Positions 39,794 to 49,307 of a DNA stretch of 64,000 nucleotides are shown one piece after another. The DNA comes from an uncultured bacterium (GTDB lineage Bacteria > Oederibacteriota > Oederibacteriia > Oederibacteriales > Oederibacteriaceae), in contig OZ218778.1 in NCBI GenBank assembly GCA_965112635.1, positions 1,184,001 through 1,248,000 on the forward strand, written 5' to 3'. Position 1 is the first letter of the stretch; each line of letters opens with the position of its first letter. Under the pieces are notes generated by a model. It did not search any database, was not told the origin of the DNA, and was given only the letters and a program-made list of their open reading frames with translations. The position numbers were made by a program, and so were the translations under genes.

Positions 39794-40894
39794 GTGTCCC
39801 CAATGATAAGAAAAACTTTTTTTCTGATCTTTCTCGCCCTGTGCCTGGCGTTTTTGTGGTGGGCTGTTTCCAGGCAGCACCGGCCGGCAGTTCAGCCGGC
39901 CAAAGACCAGACCAGCCTTTCCCTGGAGGTGGAGACGGAGGTGCAAAGGGTTTTGGAAAGTTTTGGCACGATCCCCCAGATCCAGCAGCAAAAAATCCAG
40001 GTCTCCAACGGCATTAAAAGGCTTGTCTTCTACAAAAAGATCAGGGTTCCCCGGGAACAACCCCTGGCTGGCTTGGAGGATTCCTGGAGCCGTTTCGGCC
40101 AAGAACAAGGTTTTAAGGTCTGGAGCATAAAAATTTTGAAACAAGCCAAACCCAAAGCCAATGTTTTAGACGTCACTTTGGGGACCAAAGATTTTATGAC
40201 CCATCACCTGTTGTTCGTCCAATCCCTGAACCCGCAAGTGGCCCTGATCATTGATGACATGGGTTTTGTCGGAGATTCGCTGACCCAGCGTCTGCTCAAT
40301 CTGCCGGTGACCATGAACTTTTCCGTGATACCCGGCACTCCGCACGGCCAAAAGGTGGCAGACCAGGCCTATGTCAAAAAACATCAGGTCATCCTGCACC
40401 TGCCCATGGAAGCCCTGAGCCCCAAGGAAGACCCAGGACCATGGGGTATCTATACCCGGCAAGGGGACGAGGAGATCAAGGAACAGGTGGAAAAAGACCT
40501 GGCCTGGGTGCCCCACGCAGTCGGGCTCAACAACCATATGGGCTCCAAAGGCACGGCTGACCCGAGGGTCATGCAGGACGTGCTGGACATAGTCAAAAAG
40601 CACGAGATCTTTTTCATCGACAGCATGACCAACCCCAAATCCGTGGGATACATCCTGGCCCAGAAGGACAAGATCCCCTACAACCGCAGGGATATTTTCA
40701 TCGATAACAAGATGGACTCAGCCTACACCCGTCAAAGACTTTTGGAGCTGGGGAAGCTGGCCCTCAAGCGCGGTTATGCCATCGGGATCGGCCATCCCCA
40801 CAAGACCACGGTGGAGAGTTTAGAAAAAACCCTGCCGGAACTTAAAAAGATGGGGATAGAGTTCGTGATGGTCAGCGAACTGGTCATACAGTAA
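39794..40894 (+). CDS. Divergent polysaccharide deacetylase (YibQ-like)
   Basis: IIDDMG, LHLPME, GLNNHMGS, FIDS.T, AIGIGHP; N-terminal TM. Confidence 0.9.
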   Translation: MSPMIRKTFFLIFLALCLAFLWWAVSRQHRPAVQPAKDQTSLSLEVETEVQRVLESFGTIPQIQQQKIQVSNGIKRLVFYKKIRVPREQPLAGLEDSWSRFGQEQGFKVWSIKILKQAKPKANVLDVTLGTKDFMTHHLLFVQSLNPQVALIIDDMGFVGDSLTQRLLNLPVTMNFSVIPGTPHGQKVADQAYVKKHQVILHLPMEALSPKEDPGPWGIYTRQGDEEIKEQVEKDLAWVPHAVGLNNHMGSKGTADPRVMQDVLDIVKKHEIFFIDSMTNPKSVGYILAQKDKIPYNRRDIFIDNKMDSAYTRQRLLELGKLALKRGYAIGIGHPHKTTVESLEKTLPELKKMGIEFVMVSELVIQ

Positions 40895-40948
40895 CCGTTC
40901 AGGTCGCAAGCGCAAAGCCAATTCCCCAAAATAAAAATATAAGCAGGA

Positions 40949-41962
40949 GTGAACATGCTCGTTCTTGGAATTGAAACGTCCTGCGACGAAACCGCCGCCG
41001 CGGTGGTCCGGGACGGAAGAAAAACGCTTTCCAGCGTGGTGGCTTCCCAGATCCCCCTGCATCAAAAGTACGGCGGGGTGGTGCCGGAGATCGCCTCGCG
41101 GGAACATTTGCGCACCATCAACATGGTCATCGACGAGGCCCTGGAAAAAAGCGGCAAGAGTCTGGGCCAGATAGACGGTATCGCCGTGACCTACGGCCCA
41201 GGGCTCGTGGGGTGCCTTTTGATCGGCCTGGCTACGGCCAAGGCCATCGCGTTCAGCCGGAATCTCCCCTGGATTGGGGTCAACCATCTGGAAGGGCATC
41301 TTTACGCCGTTTTTCTGGAAGAGAAACAGCCGAAATTTCCTTTCCTGGGGTTGGTCGTGTCCGGCGGGCATACCAGCCTGCTTTACGCCAAGGCCCCGGG
41401 AGTTTACGAGATCATGGGTAGCACCCGCGATGACGCGGCCGGCGAAGCCTTTGACAAGGTTTCCAAGCTTTTGGGGCTGGGTTACCCGGGCGGTCCTTTG
41501 ATCGAAAAAGCCAGCCAAAAAGGCGATCCCAGGGCTTTCACCTTTCCCCGAGCAAGGATGAAGGACCGGAGCCTGGATTTTTCTTTTAGTGGCATCAAAA
41601 CCGCAGTTTTACTGACGGTCCAGGAACTGAAGAAAAAAAGGAAGAGGATACCCAGGCACGACCTAGCCGCGAGTTTCCAGACGGCCGTGATCAAAGCACT
41701 GGTCGCAGGGGTCCGGGAAGGTGCTAAAATACATAGGGTCAGGGAAGTGGTCGTGGCAGGCGGGGTAGCGGCTAACCGTTACCTGCGGGAAGAGTTCGCC
41801 AGGGTCGCCGCAGAGCAAGGCTGGAAGGTCCATTTTCCGTCCCTGAAATATTGCACGGATAACGCGGCCATGATCGCGGCGGCGGGTTATGTTAGGTTGA
41901 AAAAAGGGATCCGTTCCGGCTGGGAACTTACCGCGGTCCCCGGTCTGGGCTGGAAGGTCTAA
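40949..41962 (+). CDS. tsaD: tRNA N6-threonylcarbamoyltransferase
   Basis: GIETSCDET, GGVVPEIASREH, NHLEGH, SGGHT, DDAAGEAFDK, CTDNAAMIA. Confidence 0.98.
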   Translation: MNMLVLGIETSCDETAAAVVRDGRKTLSSVVASQIPLHQKYGGVVPEIASREHLRTINMVIDEALEKSGKSLGQIDGIAVTYGPGLVGCLLIGLATAKAIAFSRNLPWIGVNHLEGHLYAVFLEEKQPKFPFLGLVVSGGHTSLLYAKAPGVYEIMGSTRDDAAGEAFDKVSKLLGLGYPGGPLIEKASQKGDPRAFTFPRARMKDRSLDFSFSGIKTAVLLTVQELKKKRKRIPRHDLAASFQTAVIKALVAGVREGAKIHRVREVVVAGGVAANRYLREEFARVAAEQGWKVHFPSLKYCTDNAAMIAAAGYVRLKKGIRSGWELTAVPGLGWKV

Positions 41963-41983
41963 ATCTCCCCAAGGAGGCTGTGA

Positions 41984-42637
41984 GTGGAAATCTGGGATAT
42001 CTTCGTCAGGATGGTCGTGGCACTGGTGTTGTGCGGCATCATCGGGTTTGAAAGGGAGTTTTCCCACAAGTCCGCGGGTTTCAGGACCCATATCCTGGTG
42101 GGCATGGGCTCAGCCCTGTTCGTGGTCTGCTCCATCTGGATCTCGGACGCTTTTCCCGCCAAAGGGGTGGACCCTTCCCGCATCGCGGCGCAGGTCGTGA
42201 CCGGCATCGGTTTTCTGGGAGCCGGGGCCATCATGCACTCCGGGTTCTCGGTGCTGGGGCTGACCACCGCGGCGTCCCTCTGGATGGTCGCGGGCGTGGG
42301 CATGGCCGCGGGCATGGGGTTTTACCCTGGAGCGGTCATCGGAACCGCTCTTTCTCTGTTGACCCTGATCCTGTTGAACTATCTGGACGTGTTCCTGCGC
42401 CGGTATGATTTCATCCAGGTCAGCGTTAACATCACCGCGGATAAGGACGCTTTCTCCAAGATCGAGCAGGAGATCAACCGGATGAGACTGATGCTGAGCG
42501 AATACACCCTTACCGAACAGGGAAAGGACAGGGGAGAGGTCGTGGTCAAGATCAAGGACATCCCCCAGTCCAAGGCCAGGGAGTTCATGGACACCCTGTG
42601 GGAAATCCCGGGGGTCAAGCGGATAGAAATGGTCTGA
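41984..42637 (+). CDS. mgtC: MgtC/SapB-family membrane protein
   Basis: IGFERE, AGFRTH, RIAAQVVTGIGFLGAG, GLTTAA. Confidence 0.9.
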   Translation: MEIWDIFVRMVVALVLCGIIGFEREFSHKSAGFRTHILVGMGSALFVVCSIWISDAFPAKGVDPSRIAAQVVTGIGFLGAGAIMHSGFSVLGLTTAASLWMVAGVGMAAGMGFYPGAVIGTALSLLTLILLNYLDVFLRRYDFIQVSVNITADKDAFSKIEQEINRMRLMLSEYTLTEQGKDRGEVVVKIKDIPQSKAREFMDTLWEIPGVKRIEMV

Positions 42638-42670
42638 ACGTTTTGTTTTTCGCCAGCTTGAAAAATCCGT

Positions 42671-42708
42671 AAAAGAGTTGACAGGATCAACGCTTTTTAA
42701 ACTATAAT
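42671..42708 (+). promoter_or_regulatory. Promoter with overlapping inverted repeat
   Basis: TTGACA (42678-42683), 19 bp, TATAAT (42703-42708); IR AAAAG.GTTGA-N5-TCAAC.CTTTT spanning the -35. Confidence 0.5.
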
Positions 42709-42748
42709 ATTAGGGAATCATGAAATTGTCAGTTTAGGGGAAAAGCTG

Positions 42749-45514
42749 ATGAAAATCCAAGCAGGGCGCCATGGTTTTGATATATCTCTGATGAAGCCGG
42801 ATAATGTCGGGCTTTATCAGCAGCACGTGAGCAGCTTCCAGGAGACTTTCAGCACCTTGTCCAAACTTTTTTACTGCGATTGTTCGGTTTTTTATATTTT
42901 TGACGAGAAGAAGGGCCAGCTGGAAAGGGTTTGCGATTACCGCCGGCCTGGTTATAAAGGCAGCATCAAATTGCCCTCCCGCATCCCCCTGAAGGATAAG
43001 CAGTCGCCCGTGGCCTGGGTCAGCCGCACCAAAAAACCCTTGACCGCAGTCAAAAAACTCGGAAAAAAACCAAAAGACAAACCTTATTTTTCTTCCAACC
43101 TTCTCAAAAACGTTTTCCTTCCAGTCATTTCGGAAAAACATTTGATCGGAGTGCTGGTCGTGGATAACCAGATGGCCAGGGAAAAGTTCAACGGCCGGGA
43201 AGAGCATTTTCTCAATATTTTCACTGGAGGGCTGGGGAGGACCCTGGGCGGCTACAGCATGCTCCAACAAATGGCTGCTACGCTCAACATGGAAAAACAG
43301 CAGTTGGAAAAAGCCAACGAGCAGCTCAGCCAGCATAACGTATACCTCTATGCCCTGTACGAGGTCAACCGGTTGATCAGCCATTCGGGCAGCACGGATG
43401 AGATCTTTGACATCATCCTGAAGCACGCCATGCGGATCGCTCCGGGTGGAAGCGGGGTTTTGACCCTTATTAAGGGCGACGGCGTTGAGAGGGAGATCAG
43501 AGCAACCAAAGACCACTCGCCGGCCTTGCTTCGCATCGTGGAAAAGCAGATCAAGACCCATGGCTGGATCGTCAGAGAACTGGACCGGACCAAGGCCGTT
43601 TATTTCAATAACCAGCATCCCAGCGAGGCATACCCGGGCCGCAAGGTATCCCTCATTGTGGCCCCGTTCCTGCTCCATAACGTCAGGCTGGGTTCGATCG
43701 TGATCTGGCACCCCAAGCCGAACTTTTTCACTCCAGAACACGTTGATTTCCTCAGCGCTTTGGCCGGATTGGCGGTCAATGTGTTCAGGGAAAGAGAGAT
43801 GGTCGGGGCCCTGCAGGTCACCCGTATGGAAAAAGAAAGGCGCATCAGGGAGCTAAAATCTTTGAGCGACCTGGCCAAGCTGTTCCTGACCCCATCTTTG
43901 CCCGAAGAGACATTGTTGACGGAGGCGGTCAAGGCCATCCGCAAGGGTTTGGATTACGACCGGGTCGGCCTATTCTTGATCGATGAAGACAAAGGATTGC
44001 TGTCAGGAAAGATGGGGTTGGATAATCTGGGTGCTGTCGATAAGATCTATGGACTCCATTTTCCTTTAAAACCAAACTATTCTGTTTTAGTTGAAGTGGC
44101 TCTGGGCAAATTACCCTTTTATTTCACTGAAGATTATACCCGGGATACCCGGGTGAACAAAGATTTGATCCCTAAATTTCCTAGTGAGTTAAAGGGGTTC
44201 ATTGTCGTTCCTCTCAAGACCAAGACAAAGATACTGGGAATCTTGTGTATGGACAATTTAGATACCAGTAGGCCGCTCTCAGAAAAAGACATCCCGGACT
44301 GCCTGACCTTTGCCTCGCAAGTGGCCATTGCCATGCAAAATGTCATCTTGGATAAAAAAAGGGAAGAGCTATCCAAGATTAACGACCAAAAAGTAAAACA
44401 GCTCAGCACCCTGCAGCAGACCATACGGCGCCTGGGGGAGCCCTTGAACGAGGAAGAAGTGATGCGGGAGCTTTACAAGGGTATCCGGGAGGGGCTGGAG
44501 ATCGACCGATGCCAGATCTATCTCATCAACGAAAAGACCAAAACCTGCGAAGGGACTGCTTTTGGCACGGACCGCCTGGGAAAAACGACGGACTTGCGCG
44601 GTTTTCAAGCGCCGTTGGAGAGCGACAAGAGGATCTTCGGGGAGATCTTCAGGCAAGAAATATCACATTTTTACAGCAAGGACGTGCGGACCGCGCCCCT
44701 TTACTGCGACCGATTCGCTTTTGATCCCGGCGTCAAGGAGACCGCGGTTTTCCCCTTGAAAGGCAAGAAAAAAGTCATTGGTTTGATCGCGGTGGACAAC
44801 CTCCTTTCCGGAAAACCTTTGACCCGGGAACTGCTGGATTCCCTTTCGGCATTGATCGTCGACGCGGCCCAGGCCCTGGAACATGTCCGTATCTACGTGA
44901 CCCTGAAGCAGTCCTATTTTGAATCAATCCGGGCTTTCAGTTATGCCATCGACGCCAAGGACCATTATAATGTCGGCCATTCGGACAAGGTCGGCAACAT
45001 TGCCGTCGCCATTGCCAAAGAGCTGCAGCTATCGCCCCAACAGCGGGAAGACATCCAGTACGGCGCCATCCTGCATGACGTGGGCAAGATCGGCATCGAC
45101 GAAAAAATATTGAACAAACCTTCCCGGCTCGATAAGGAAGAATATGAAGTGATCAAGGAACATCCCGCCTTGGGGGTCAATATCGTGCGGCCCATTGAAG
45201 CTCTGGGCCATCTGCTGCCGATCGTCCGGCACCATCACGAATGGTATAACGGCACGGGATACCCGGACCGCCTCAAAAAGGAACAGATCCCTCTGGGGGC
45301 GCGCATCGTCGGGGTCGCGGATGCCTTTGACAGCATGATCTCGGATAGGCCTTACCGCAAAAGCCTGGGCCTGACGCAGGCCATGGCGGAGCTCAAGAAA
45401 TTCAGAAGCATCCAGTTCGATCCCCAGGTGGTGGACGCACTGATGAAGATCCTGCAAAGACACCTGTCCCGGCATCCGGGCGAAGAGCTGAGTCTGGAAA
45501 ATCTGTTCTCATAA
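42749..45514 (+). CDS. Multi-GAF HD-GYP cyclic-dinucleotide phosphodiesterase
   Basis: About 4 GAF-like domains; AIDAKD..GHS, LHDVGKIG, HHEWYNGTGYP, VADAFDSM..RPYR. Confidence 0.92.
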   Translation: MKIQAGRHGFDISLMKPDNVGLYQQHVSSFQETFSTLSKLFYCDCSVFYIFDEKKGQLERVCDYRRPGYKGSIKLPSRIPLKDKQSPVAWVSRTKKPLTAVKKLGKKPKDKPYFSSNLLKNVFLPVISEKHLIGVLVVDNQMAREKFNGREEHFLNIFTGGLGRTLGGYSMLQQMAATLNMEKQQLEKANEQLSQHNVYLYALYEVNRLISHSGSTDEIFDIILKHAMRIAPGGSGVLTLIKGDGVEREIRATKDHSPALLRIVEKQIKTHGWIVRELDRTKAVYFNNQHPSEAYPGRKVSLIVAPFLLHNVRLGSIVIWHPKPNFFTPEHVDFLSALAGLAVNVFREREMVGALQVTRMEKERRIRELKSLSDLAKLFLTPSLPEETLLTEAVKAIRKGLDYDRVGLFLIDEDKGLLSGKMGLDNLGAVDKIYGLHFPLKPNYSVLVEVALGKLPFYFTEDYTRDTRVNKDLIPKFPSELKGFIVVPLKTKTKILGILCMDNLDTSRPLSEKDIPDCLTFASQVAIAMQNVILDKKREELSKINDQKVKQLSTLQQTIRRLGEPLNEEEVMRELYKGIREGLEIDRCQIYLINEKTKTCEGTAFGTDRLGKTTDLRGFQAPLESDKRIFGEIFRQEISHFYSKDVRTAPLYCDRFAFDPGVKETAVFPLKGKKKVIGLIAVDNLLSGKPLTRELLDSLSALIVDAAQALEHVRIYVTLKQSYFESIRAFSYAIDAKDHYNVGHSDKVGNIAVAIAKELQLSPQQREDIQYGAILHDVGKIGIDEKILNKPSRLDKEEYEVIKEHPALGVNIVRPIEALGHLLPIVRHHHEWYNGTGYPDRLKKEQIPLGARIVGVADAFDSMISDRPYRKSLGLTQAMAELKKFRSIQFDPQVVDALMKILQRHLSRHPGEELSLENLFS

Positions 45515-45560
45515 ATCAAGGGCCATGATCCTCGTCCCGTGCGTCAGGGAGCAGGCTGGC

Positions 45561-45590
45561 AAGCTACCATCCAGTATGGTAGCTTTTTTT
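45561..45590 (+). terminator. Intrinsic terminator
   Basis: AAGCTACCAT-ccagt-ATGGTAGCTT plus T run. Confidence 0.75.
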
Positions 45591-45648
45591 ATAATCGTCC
45601 CAGAAGTCATCCGTTTCGATCAAAGGACCGAAAGAGAGGTAAGCTTTT

Positions 45649-46305
45649 TTGCGGAAGTGGACCAATGCCCTAATCGGCGTGTTGCTGATCCCCATCAGCC
45701 TGACCATGGCCTACACCTTTTGCCGCCTGATGTGGGACCTGCCCTGGCTCAAGCTCCCTCTCCTGCCTTTTGCCCTGGGGTTTCTCGTCTACGGGGTCGT
45801 CCATGCCATTTTTTATAAACCGGTGTTCATGCACGTCATGGGACACGAGCTCACCCACGCCCTTTGGGCGTTCTTTTTCGGCGGCAACGTCAAATCCCTG
45901 CAGATCACCCCGCAAGGCGGCAAGGTCATCGTCAACCGCTCCAATTTTTTGATCATCCTGGCCCCTTATTTTTTTCCCCTTTACACCTGCCTCCTCCTGC
46001 CTGTCTACGCCGTGGCCAAGGAAAGTTTCGCTCCCTACGTAGTATTCCTCCTAGGGGCTTCCATCGCCTTCCATCTGATCCTGACCGCCTACTCGCTCTG
46101 GCTCAACCAGTCGGACGTCCAGGCGGTGGGGTTCCTGCTTTCCCTGAACATTATCCTTATCATCAATCTGCTGATCCTTACCTTATTGGTGTCCTATATC
46201 GCCCCGGCCGCTTATCCCTATGGCCAATTTTGGATCTCCCTCTGGCAGGATCTGGGCCAGGGGTTTTGGTGGTGCGTCAATATGTTCAAGGGGGCGAGAA
46301 CTTGA
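45649..46305 (+). CDS. Membrane zinc metallopeptidase (M50B-like)
   Basis: GHELTHA HExxH within hydrophobic segments; LAPYFFP. Confidence 0.75.
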   Translation: MRKWTNALIGVLLIPISLTMAYTFCRLMWDLPWLKLPLLPFALGFLVYGVVHAIFYKPVFMHVMGHELTHALWAFFFGGNVKSLQITPQGGKVIVNRSNFLIILAPYFFPLYTCLLLPVYAVAKESFAPYVVFLLGASIAFHLILTAYSLWLNQSDVQAVGFLLSLNIILIINLLILTLLVSYIAPAAYPYGQFWISLWQDLGQGFWWCVNMFKGART

Positions 46306-47123
46306 ACAGGCTCCGCGTATTCCTAGCGCTGGTAGGGGTGGTTTTTTTCTTGTGGGTCCGGGTCCAGGGAGCCACGCCCGCGGTTTTCAGCCACGGGCTG
46401 AGGGGCAGACCCGAGGTCGCCCTGACCTTTGATGACGGGCCGCACCCGCTTTATACGCCCCTGCTTTTGGAGATCCTGAGGCAGCACCAGGCAAGAGCCA
46501 CCTTTTTTGTCGTGGGCAAAAGGGTCAAGCAGTACCCTGGGCTTTTGGACCGTATCACCAGGGAGGACCAGGAGCTGGGCAACCATTCTTTCAGCCACAC
46601 GGATATGCGCAGCCTGACCAGGGAGGAGGTCTCCCGGGAGTTGAGCCGTACTTCGGCTCTGACCGAAGGCTGGGCCGGGGTCAAGCTCCATTTGTTCAGG
46701 CCTCCGGGCGGCCAATATAATGGAAAGGTCATGGAGTGCGCCCGACGCCAGGGCTATACCATGGTATTGTGGACCCTCAATCCCGCGGATTGGAAAATGC
46801 CCCAGGACAAGATCCTTGAAAAGATAGAAAATACGGTCAGGGGCGGGGACATCATCTTGCTCCACGACGGAGCGATCGAGACCATCAAGGCCCTTCCGGA
46901 AATTTTGAGCATCCTTAAAACCAAAGGCCTGAATTGCGTGACCGTGGGCTGGATGATCCAGAAATGGGAAGAACAACGGTCAGCCAGCCAAACCAAACAG
47001 GAAGCGGCCCAAATAAAAAAGGAGCTTCAGGGCAAGTATAAGGACGGTCATCCTGTTGTAAAATCAGACAAGCCCGACAAAGGGGCCTTGGAGATCTACC
47101 ATAACATTGAACAAGACCGTTAA
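46302..47123 (+). CDS. NodB-type polysaccharide deacetylase
   Basis: LTFDDGP, GNHSFSH, FRPPGG, DW, ILLHD; TTG start coupled to the upstream stop (the track ORF from 45864 is over-extended). Confidence 0.9.
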   Translation: MNRLRVFLALVGVVFFLWVRVQGATPAVFSHGLRGRPEVALTFDDGPHPLYTPLLLEILRQHQARATFFVVGKRVKQYPGLLDRITREDQELGNHSFSHTDMRSLTREEVSRELSRTSALTEGWAGVKLHLFRPPGGQYNGKVMECARRQGYTMVLWTLNPADWKMPQDKILEKIENTVRGGDIILLHDGAIETIKALPEILSILKTKGLNCVTVGWMIQKWEEQRSASQTKQEAAQIKKELQGKYKDGHPVVKSDKPDKGALEIYHNIEQDR

Positions 47124-47136
47124 AAGGAGAAGCACC

Positions 47137-48105
47137 GTGAAACACAAAATATGCCTTGCTTTGACCATGGGCGACCCGAAGGGGATTGGGCCTGAAGTGC
47201 TGGTCAAGGCCCTTGGTTACCACAGGTATCCGGGTACCCGACTTCTAGGCGTAGGAGACCCGAAAGTTTTCCAAAGAGCCCTTAGGCCTCTGAAGGGCGG
47301 AAAAAGACTAAGATTAAAGATCGTTTGTTGCCCTGAGCAAGCCGGGGCCGACCCTTCCAAGCTCTGGGTTTACCCTGAATCTGACGCTTTGGGATGCGTC
47401 AGGCTGGCCGGAGAGTGGGCTTTGGCGGGCAGGGTGCAGGGCATTGTCACGGCACCCCTCTATAAAAAAGCTTTCCGGAGTTTTCCCGGCCATACGGAGT
47501 ACCTGGCCCATTTGGCCGGGGTTAAACGGGTGGTCATGATGTTGGTGGGCGGGGGACTCAGGGTGGCTCTGGTCACCACGCATCTGCCGTTTCGCAAGAT
47601 CCTCAACGCCCTGAACCCCGGAACCATCCTGGAGACGGTCAAGATCACGGGGCTGAGCTTGCAGCGGTTTTTCGGGCTCCCCCGGCCGCGGATCGCGTTG
47701 GCCAGTTTAAACCCACACGCGGGCGAGGGTGGGCTACTCGGAGATGAAGAGAAAAAACTTTTTCCACAGGTCCTGAAAAGATCCAAGCTGTTCAGGGGCC
47801 TGCAAGTCACCGGCCCATACCCTCCGGATGTCGTGTTCTTCCAGGCCCTGCAAGGGCGGTTCGACGCCGTGGTGGCCCTGTATCACGACCAAGGGCTTAT
47901 CGCTTTGAAGACCATTGCTTTTAACAGCGGGGTCAATGTCACCCTGGGGCTTCCTTTCATCCGGACCTCACCGGACCACGGGACTGCGAGGGAAATAGCC
48001 TGGAAAAATATAGCGGATTATGAGAGTATGAACCAAGCCATTCTGCTTGCTGTGGACATGGCAATCAAACAAAGGGAGGATAGTCATGATCATAGGTGTT
48101 CCTAA
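47137..48105 (+). CDS. pdxA: 4-hydroxythreonine-4-phosphate dehydrogenase
   Basis: TMGDPKGIGPE, GHTEYLA, LNPHAGE, YHDQGLI, RTSPDHGTA; start approximate. Confidence 0.95.
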   Translation: MKHKICLALTMGDPKGIGPEVLVKALGYHRYPGTRLLGVGDPKVFQRALRPLKGGKRLRLKIVCCPEQAGADPSKLWVYPESDALGCVRLAGEWALAGRVQGIVTAPLYKKAFRSFPGHTEYLAHLAGVKRVVMMLVGGGLRVALVTTHLPFRKILNALNPGTILETVKITGLSLQRFFGLPRPRIALASLNPHAGEGGLLGDEEKKLFPQVLKRSKLFRGLQVTGPYPPDVVFFQALQGRFDAVVALYHDQGLIALKTIAFNSGVNVTLGLPFIRTSPDHGTAREIAWKNIADYESMNQAILLAVDMAIKQREDSHDHRCS

Positions 48106-49213
48106 AGAAATAAAAACCCACGAATACCGGGTGGCTGTGGTGCCCGCGGGCGTGGAAACGCTGGTCCGCCACGGGCATAAAGTGATGATCCAGAAAGGGG
48201 CGGGAGTGGGCATCGGTGTCAGCGACCATACCTATGCCAAGGCCGGAGCCGTTATCGTGGCCAACCCTAAGGATATTTTCAAAAAAGCCGAAATGATCGT
48301 CAAGGTCAAAGAGCCGCAATCATCCGAATACAATCTTTTGAGACCGGGCCAAATCGTTATCACCTATTTCCACTACGCTTCAGGCAAAGAGCTGACTATG
48401 GCCATGATTCGCCGGCGCATCGTCTCCATCGCCTACGAGACCATCCAGACCGAGGATGGAGGGCTGCCCTGCCTTACCCCGATGAGTGAAGTGGCCGGAA
48501 AATTGGCCGTGCAGGAAGGCGCCAAATATCTCGAGAAGCCCATGCTGGGCAAAGGTCTGCTTTTGGGCGGCGTGCCCGGAGTGCCGCCGTGCAAGGTCGT
48601 TATCTTGGGCGGGGGAGTTTCGGGGACCCATTGCGCCAAAGTAGCGGCCGGAATGGGGGCCAGGGTGGTGATCATGGACATCAATGTGGACCGTTTGCGT
48701 TATTTGGATGACATCATGCCTCCGAACGTTTCCACCCTTTTCTCCAATCCCCATAACATCCGCCAGCAGATCAAAGACGCCGACCTTCTGGTCGGCTGCG
48801 TGCTGATCAAAGGGGATCGGGCCCCGGTCCTGGTGACCAAGGAAATGATCAAGACCATGACCCCGGGTTCGGTCATCGTGGACGTGGCCATCGACCAGGG
48901 CGGATGCATCGAGACGAGCCGTCCGACCACGCACACCAACCCCACTTACACCGTCTCCGGGGTGGTGCACTACTGCGTGGCCAACATGCCGGGAGCCGTG
49001 GCCGGGACCTCCACCTATGCCCTGACCAATGTCACCCTGCCGTATGTCCTGGAAGTGGCCAATAAAGGTTATGAAAAGGCCATCCATGACAACGCGGCCC
49101 TGGCCTGCGGGGTCAATATGATCGACGGGATGATCACTCTTCCGGAAGTCGCGCAGTTCTACAAGCTGAAATATACTCCGCTGGAAGAGGCGCTGGCCAG
49201 CAAAAGGTTTTAA
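48086..49213 (+). CDS. ald: Alanine dehydrogenase
   Basis: MIIGVPKEIK, VKVKEP, PMSEVAG, DVAIDQGGC, HYCVANMPGAV. Confidence 0.97.
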   Translation: MIIGVPKEIKTHEYRVAVVPAGVETLVRHGHKVMIQKGAGVGIGVSDHTYAKAGAVIVANPKDIFKKAEMIVKVKEPQSSEYNLLRPGQIVITYFHYASGKELTMAMIRRRIVSIAYETIQTEDGGLPCLTPMSEVAGKLAVQEGAKYLEKPMLGKGLLLGGVPGVPPCKVVILGGGVSGTHCAKVAAGMGARVVIMDINVDRLRYLDDIMPPNVSTLFSNPHNIRQQIKDADLLVGCVLIKGDRAPVLVTKEMIKTMTPGSVIVDVAIDQGGCIETSRPTTHTNPTYTVSGVVHYCVANMPGAVAGTSTYALTNVTLPYVLEVANKGYEKAIHDNAALACGVNMIDGMITLPEVAQFYKLKYTPLEEALASKRF

Positions 49214-49229
49214 TTCACAGATGTCCGTT

Positions 49230-49265
49230 GAACAGCCCTGGACAAAAACCAGGGCTGTTCTTTTT
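49230..49265 (+). terminator. Intrinsic terminator
   Basis: GAACAGCCCTGG / CCAGGGCTGTTC 12-bp stem plus T run. Confidence 0.85.
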
Positions 49266-49307
49266 AAATCGTACATTGCAGTCATTCTTCATTGAAGGAG
49301 GGTTCGG

